A stretch of DNA of 63,959 nucleotides, counting the filler, from an uncultured bacterium (lineage in GTDB: Bacteria; CAZSTA01), in assembly GCA_964609495.1 (NCBI GenBank). It is 5 parts of 5 records of this genome, joined end to end, with 100 filler letters (N's around TTAATTAATTAA, not from the genome) between each part and the next. Parts side by side here need not be neighbours in the genome. Positions count along the whole stretch, not along the records: positions 53,073 to 63,959 come from CAZSTA010000121.1; 4 more parts are not named here. One strand, given 5' to 3'. The position numbers were made by a program, and so were the translations under genes. Of the stretch, positions 59,357 through 63,959 are shown piece after piece. The number at the start of each line of letters is the position of its first letter. Within the stretch, counting starts at the first letter, position 1. The notes beneath the pieces are model-generated. The model did not search any database, had not been told where the DNA came from, and saw only the letters and a program-made list of their open reading frames with translations.

Positions 59357-60244
59357 CTAAAAGCTGGTCAAATAAATAGCCCTTTTAGCCTCATCCTTCA
59401 TAACAGGAGTCTGACTTTTGATATATTCCTTTACCCTATCAGAGGCGAAGATAAAAGCTTCCTGAGCGCTTATCATCCTATCCCTATCTTTATCCGCCTT
59501 CCCACTCAATCCCTCCAATAGGTAATAGGTAAATATCCCATGTTTAAGCTTCTTCTCCTCGGCGACCTTCTGATTCGAATCGCCCGAGGTCATAATTATC
59601 ACCGCTCTGTCGCGCTCCTTACCTCTTTTTGATACCGATAAATCATCCAAGAAGCCTTTACCTATACTCTCCCGGGGTGATTTAGCGATGCCGGAAAAAG
59701 ACACCCCTCTATCAGCATCTCCACTATAACAACTATCTAAGATGACAACGGTATTATCAGCTTCCAACTGTCTAAGCCAATATCCAAATATATCATCTAC
59801 GATCCCGGTCGATTCATCCCCTAGGAAGGTATCATAAGGAAGAAGATATTCATCAAGACCATCCTCCTCATCTCCATCCCAATCATTGCCATAACCTCCA
59901 TGTCCAGAAAAGTAGATGATTGCCGTAGCACCTTCTCCAGCTTGCTTCCCTAACCAACGTAGGACTCCCCTTCTTATATCATCGAAAGTCGCTTCTTCAT
60001 TTAGCAACAACTTTATATTTCCGGGGGGAACTCCTCCCTTCTCGATCAACACTTTCTTGAAGGCTAAGGCGTCATTATCGCTGAAACTTAGATTCCTTAT
60101 AGCTGGATCCTGATAGATGGATATCCCGATTATTAGAGCCAATTTCTCCCCTTCGGGGGTGATAAATCCTCCCTTTGCGGAAGCCTGAGAGAAGATAAGA
60201 CCAAATGCTAGGAGGAAAACTACAAGATAATATATCTTAGCCAT
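59357..60244 (-). CDS. Exported stand-alone C14 caspase-like protease
   Basis: Signal peptide; ALIIGISIY, FSGHG, LDSCYSG, HGIFTYYLLEGL. Confidence 0.9.
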   Translation of the reverse strand: MAKIYYLVVFLLAFGLIFSQASAKGGFITPEGEKLALIIGISIYQDPAIRNLSFSDNDALAFKKVLIEKGGVPPGNIKLLLNEEATFDDIRRGVLRWLGKQAGEGATAIIYFSGHGGYGNDWDGDEEDGLDEYLLPYDTFLGDESTGIVDDIFGYWLRQLEADNTVVILDSCYSGDADRGVSFSGIAKSPRESIGKGFLDDLSVSKRGKERDRAVIIMTSGDSNQKVAEEKKLKHGIFTYYLLEGLSGKADKDRDRMISAQEAFIFASDRVKEYIKSQTPVMKDEAKRAIYLTSF

Positions 60245-60625
60245 TTTAAAGCCACTCCCTCCTCGTATCAGACTTTAACTAATTTGTCGGATTTACAAGC
60301 AGAAACTTCAAAAAATAAATTATATTTTATTTGTTGTAGGGATAGCCCGAGGAAACTAGATAAATTGGATGCCAAGTTACTCGCCTAATTCCTTAAACTT
60401 CGGAATAAAGGTTTTACTATATCTAAATTATACCATATTATAACGAAAAATCAAAATATAATTTCCCATATAATTTCCTCCAATTTTAGAGGGTTTTAAT
60501 GTCGGAAAGAAATAGTAATTAAGCGAGAGCCAAGATCTTTGCATAATTCTCAGGACTAAGAGGAATGCCCACCCTCGGTAAGAGATGACGAAAATAAGGA
60601 AAGTTCAAATTCATCGAAAGCCGCT

Positions 60626-61666
60626 TTAGAATAAGGGATACTTACCATATTCGATAAATGCCTCGAACATTGCCCTAGCATTTTCCAGAGGCACATCGGG
60701 TAAGATCCACCCCTGTCCTCTAAGTCCACCTTGATTATCCCCCAATATATTGATTATATCCTTGACATGTTCCTTAACCTGCTCAGGGATTCCATAGGGC
60801 ATTATATATTGGCGATCGAGATCTGTATGAATACAGAGCTTTCCCGAGGTCAATTTTGCAACCTCTCTGAGATCCATACAGGAGAATTGGGGATTAAGGG
60901 TATCAACTCCGATCTCCATTAAATCAGGGATGTAGTCGATTATATAGCCATCGCTGTGAAAGAATACGTAAGCCCCTCCCTGGTGGACTGCCTCGAACAT
61001 CTTCTTATAGTAAGGTTTAAAGAACTTCCGCCATAGTTCAGGGTTGATCATTACCTGCCTCTGTGTTCCCCAATCATCGGCGAAGACGACCTCATCAACT
61101 CCCAGAGCCAGAGCTCTTTCGATCAATTTCATATTATAATCTAATACCATATCAGCGAGGATATTTAATTCCCTCCTCTCATCAACGAGATCGATGAGGA
61201 GATCGGCATATCCCCTGAGCCATTGGAGTCGCTCGAAGAAGTTCCCTCCAGTTGCTTGAGTGAGCCATTGTTTCTTATACTCCGCGACCTTTTTCCTCTC
61301 CTCCCCGAATTCCCTATCCCCAATAGCTGGAGCTTCAGGAGGAACATAATCCTTTAAGTTATTCCAGTCCTCTAAAGGATGTCTCAAGATCTGCCCTAAT
61401 ATGCCATCATAACGATCTAACCACACCGTTCCCCACTCATCGGTATACTCGCGACGATAATCCTCCCCCTTGAACTCCTCTCCCTCGAACTTCTTAAGCT
61501 CTTCGCTGTGATCGGAGGGGCCGAAGTCCTGAGGGAATTCCTTTAGAAGTTCAACTAAATCCTTCTTATATCTCTTCATCGTGCCGTCGAGATAAGCATG
61601 GGTGAAGGGGATTCTATCAGGTCCCGTAAATTCGATACTTCTTATAACTCGCTCCCGACTATTCAT
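60626..61666 (-). CDS. Uroporphyrinogen decarboxylase/methyltransferase-family protein
   Basis: MNSRERV..PDRIP, TDEWG, ADDWGTQ, FHSDG, DVPLENA. Confidence 0.85.
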   Translation of the reverse strand: MNSRERVIRSIEFTGPDRIPFTHAYLDGTMKRYKKDLVELLKEFPQDFGPSDHSEELKKFEGEEFKGEDYRREYTDEWGTVWLDRYDGILGQILRHPLEDWNNLKDYVPPEAPAIGDREFGEERKKVAEYKKQWLTQATGGNFFERLQWLRGYADLLIDLVDERRELNILADMVLDYNMKLIERALALGVDEVVFADDWGTQRQVMINPELWRKFFKPYYKKMFEAVHQGGAYVFFHSDGYIIDYIPDLMEIGVDTLNPQFSCMDLREVAKLTSGKLCIHTDLDRQYIMPYGIPEQVKEHVKDIINILGDNQGGLRGQGWILPDVPLENARAMFEAFIEYGKYPLF

Positions 61667-61683
61667 AATCGCTCCTCTCTTAT

Positions 61684-61721
61684 AAAAAAACTTCTTCACC
61701 TAACTATAGAATGAAGAAGTT
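61684..61721 (-). terminator. Terminator after the tRNA operon
   Basis: AACTTCTTCA...TGAAGAAGTT followed by a T-run on the minus strand. Confidence 0.65.
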
Positions 61722-61739
61722 CTACTTGCCACTATATTA

Positions 61740-61816
61740 TGGCGGGGTCGACGGGATTCGAACCCGCGATCTCTGGCTTGACAGGCCAGTGTCCTAAACC
61801 GCTGAACGACGACCCC
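61740..61816 (-). tRNA. tRNA-Asp(GTC)
   Basis: Cloverleaf; CTGGC-CTGTCAA-GCCAG; TTCGAA; CCA end. Confidence 0.95.
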
Positions 61817-61833
61817 ACCTTCAAATTCCTCTC

Positions 61834-61908
61834 TGGTGGGCGAAACAGGATTTGAACCTGTGACCCCTTGCGTGTGAAGCAAGTGCTCTCCCGCTGAGCT
61901 ATTCGCCC
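61834..61908 (-). tRNA. tRNA-Val(CAC)
   Basis: CTTGC-TTCACAC-GCAAG; CCA end. Confidence 0.95.
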
Positions 61909-61937
61909 TTGTCCATCAAAGTAGCTGAGTTCGATTT

Positions 61938-62013
61938 TGGCGCCCCCAGGGGAATTCGAATCCCCGTTGCCGCCTTGAAAGGGCGATGTCCTAGGCCTCT
62001 AGACGATGGGGGC
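61938..62013 (-). tRNA. tRNA-Glu(TTC)
   Basis: TCGCC-CTTTCAA-GGCGG; CCA end. Confidence 0.95.
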
Positions 62014-62077
62014 CTATATCAAATATCAGTAAGCGGGCCACGGGCATCAACCGACAAATCGCTCAGCTAAATAAAGT

Positions 62078-62153
62078 TGGTGAGCCGTGCAGGAATCGAA
62101 CCTGCGACCCTCTGCTTAAAAGGCAGATGCTCTACCAGCTGAGCTAACGGCCC
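62078..62153 (-). tRNA. tRNA-Lys(TTT)
   Basis: TCTGC-CTTTTAA-GCAGA; CCA end. Confidence 0.95.
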
Positions 62154-62206
62154 AATATACCCAACTCCTTAAGAGCCCAGCCGATTACTTGGCGACTCCT
62201 CTAGCT

Positions 62207-62235
62207 ATTATACTAAATTTTTGAGTTATTGTCAA
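62207..62235 (-). promoter_or_regulatory. sigma70 promoter of the tRNA operon
   Basis: TTGACA-N17-TATAAT, exact. Confidence 0.85.
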
Positions 62236-62295
62236 TACCTTTCCTAAAAATTTCAAGGAATTTCCTGCTTTAAAGGGAACTTTTGCCGGCAATTT

Positions 62296-63864
62296 TTAAT
62301 GTTTGAAATGTCTTATCCCAGTGAATACCATTGCTATCTTATGTTCATTAGCAGCCGCGATCACCTCTTCATCTTTTACCGAGCCACCCGGCTCTATCAT
62401 CACTTTTACTCCCGCCTTGGCGGCTTCATCAACTGTGTCCCGGAAAGGGATGAGCGCATCAGAAGCCAGAACCGATCCTTTGGCTCTGTCTCCTGCCTTG
62501 GATACCGCGATCTTGACCGCGTCAACTCTGCTCATCTGTCCTGCGCCGATTCCTATCGTCTGTCTATCTTTTACTAAGACAATAGCATTGGACTTTATAT
62601 GCTTCACTGCCTTCCAAGCGAAGAATAAATCCGCTAGTTCCTTCTCAGTCGGCTCTATGGAGGTTACAACCTTGATATCCTCCCTCGTAAGCTCCTTAGT
62701 ATCTCTCTCCTGGACTAACAAGCCCCCTACAACTTTCTTCATATCATAAGATGTTATCCCAGGAATTCCTACCTTTTTCACCTCTTCCAGATTCCCGACC
62801 TCCAGAACCCTTAGATTCTTCTTAGAGGTTAATATATCGAGCGCTTCTTCTTCATACTCAGGAGCGATCACAGCTTCGATGAAGGTACTTGTGATCTGTT
62901 CAGCAGTTTTAGGGTCCACCTTTCTGTTTAGGGCAACTATCCCTCCAAAGGCGGATAGAGGATCGCAAGCGTGGGCTTTAGAATAGGCTTCACTTATAGT
63001 ATCCGCTTCCGCTAGACCACAAGGATTGGTATGCTTTATAACCGCCGCGGTTGGCTCGGAAAAATCCCTCACCATAGCTAAAGCAGAATCCAAATCATAT
63101 ATATTATTAAAGGATAATTTCCTACCTTGTAATTGTTTAGCTCTAGCAACATTAGGTTCGATGAGTTCAAGCTCCTTATAAAAGACCCCCTCCTGATGAG
63201 GATTCTCCCCATATCTTAGAGACTGAGCTTTCTCGAATCTCAGCACTATATCTTGAGGAAATTGCTCCCCTCCCGCGAGTCCGCTCTGCAAGAAGGGATA
63301 GATATAGGAATCATAATCCGCGGTATGTTTGAAGGCGGCGATCGCTAACTCGAAGCTGGTCTCCCGACTTATCCCTCCGTCGTTCTCCCCCATCTCCCTT
63401 AGGAGAGCTTCATAATAACGAGGATCGACCACTACTACCACATTCTCGAAATTCTTTGCGGCGGAGCGAATCATCGTTGGCCCACCGATATCTATATTCT
63501 CGATCGCCTCCTCTAGAGAGACATCTCCCTTAGCTATGGTCTCTCGGAAAGGATATAGGTTCACCACTACTAAATCTAGGGGAGCTATATTATGCTCTTT
63601 TAGCTGGGAGAGATGTTCTCCAGTTCTCTTAGCAAGAATCCCAGCGTGGACCGCTGGATGCAGGGTTCTGACCCTTCCATCCAACATCTCAGGATATCCG
63701 GTAACTTCACTTATGTTAATTACCGGAAGTCCTGCTGAGGCTATCGCCTTAGCTGTTCCTCCCGTCGATATTATCTCCACCCCGAAACTATGGAGTCCTC
63801 TCGCTAATTCGGTCAATCCATCCTTGTTCGACACACTGATAATAGCTCTTTTGATTTTTATCAT
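62296..63864 (-). CDS. purH: Bifunctional AICAR transformylase/IMP cyclohydrolase
   Basis: STGGT, TLHPAVHAGIL, IDIGGPTMIRSAAKN, LRYGENPHQ, GIRHFKH. Confidence 0.97.
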   Translation of the reverse strand: MIKIKRAIISVSNKDGLTELARGLHSFGVEIISTGGTAKAIASAGLPVINISEVTGYPEMLDGRVRTLHPAVHAGILAKRTGEHLSQLKEHNIAPLDLVVVNLYPFRETIAKGDVSLEEAIENIDIGGPTMIRSAAKNFENVVVVVDPRYYEALLREMGENDGGISRETSFELAIAAFKHTADYDSYIYPFLQSGLAGGEQFPQDIVLRFEKAQSLRYGENPHQEGVFYKELELIEPNVARAKQLQGRKLSFNNIYDLDSALAMVRDFSEPTAAVIKHTNPCGLAEADTISEAYSKAHACDPLSAFGGIVALNRKVDPKTAEQITSTFIEAVIAPEYEEEALDILTSKKNLRVLEVGNLEEVKKVGIPGITSYDMKKVVGGLLVQERDTKELTREDIKVVTSIEPTEKELADLFFAWKAVKHIKSNAIVLVKDRQTIGIGAGQMSRVDAVKIAVSKAGDRAKGSVLASDALIPFRDTVDEAAKAGVKVMIEPGGSVKDEEVIAAANEHKIAMVFTGIRHFKH

Positions 63865-63936
63865 ATTTATGCGCCTTCCTCCCTAAAAATATTCGCTCAT
63901 ATTGGATTCTGCGTGCTTAGCCAAGGTTTCAAATTT

Positions 63937-63959
63937 AAATCACCCTCCCATCGAGGGAG
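63937..63959. repeat. REP-like hairpin start at window end
   Basis: AAATCACCCTCCCATCGAGGGAG. Confidence 0.6.

Noticed and set aside
60265-60300. Possible ECF promoter upstream of the caspase cluster (TGTAAA...GTCTGA, minus strand)
   Set aside because: No convincing second copy to define a motif; could be chance.
61700-61882. 60-aa ORF
   Set aside because: Overlaps tRNA-Asp and tRNA-Val.
61740-62153. tRNA 3' ends as island attachment sites
   Set aside because: No duplicated tRNA end or integrase found nearby.
63865-63959. ZMP/ZTP or purine riboswitch before purH
   Set aside because: No aptamer recognised in the short upstream stretch, which runs into a REP.

Overview
The window is five unrelated ~11-13 kb contigs joined by artificial 100-bp N/TTAATTAATTAA linkers (13448-13547, 26749-26848, 39885-39984, 52973-53072), so gene neighbourhoods hold only within a contig. 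It looks like a draft or metagenome-assembled genome of a moderately AT-rich bacterium with many near-consensus sigma70 promoters. Housekeeping content: hisB, serS, galK, purH, lolC/lolD-like, csaB, a probable 6S RNA and a tRNA Lys-Glu-Val-Asp operon. There are also sugar ABC transporters, glycoside hydrolases, peptidases and a cadC/cadA pair. Best leads: (1) an unannotated ~360-nt non-coding transcript with its own promoter, perfectly paired ends and 22 GGA motifs (29312-29678), a candidate CsrB-like protein sponge; (2) a four-gene cluster of two exported C14 caspase-like proteases, an ECF sigma and a double-zinc-finger membrane anti-sigma, where one protease and the anti-sigma appear to share a domain (55297-60244); (3) a shattered integron-like integrase with an attI-like site, an internal consensus promoter and an IS200/IS605 right-end (omegaRNA-like) stub, plus two attC-like remnants on the same contig; (4) an orphan N6-methyltransferase between diverged duplicates of the lolD-end/hicB-start junction; (5) an eRF1-like protein lacking the catalytic Gln, directly upstream of the 6S RNA; (6) a two-kinase STAND/TPR/FGE protein. 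All family calls come from motif recognition by eye; no database searches were run.
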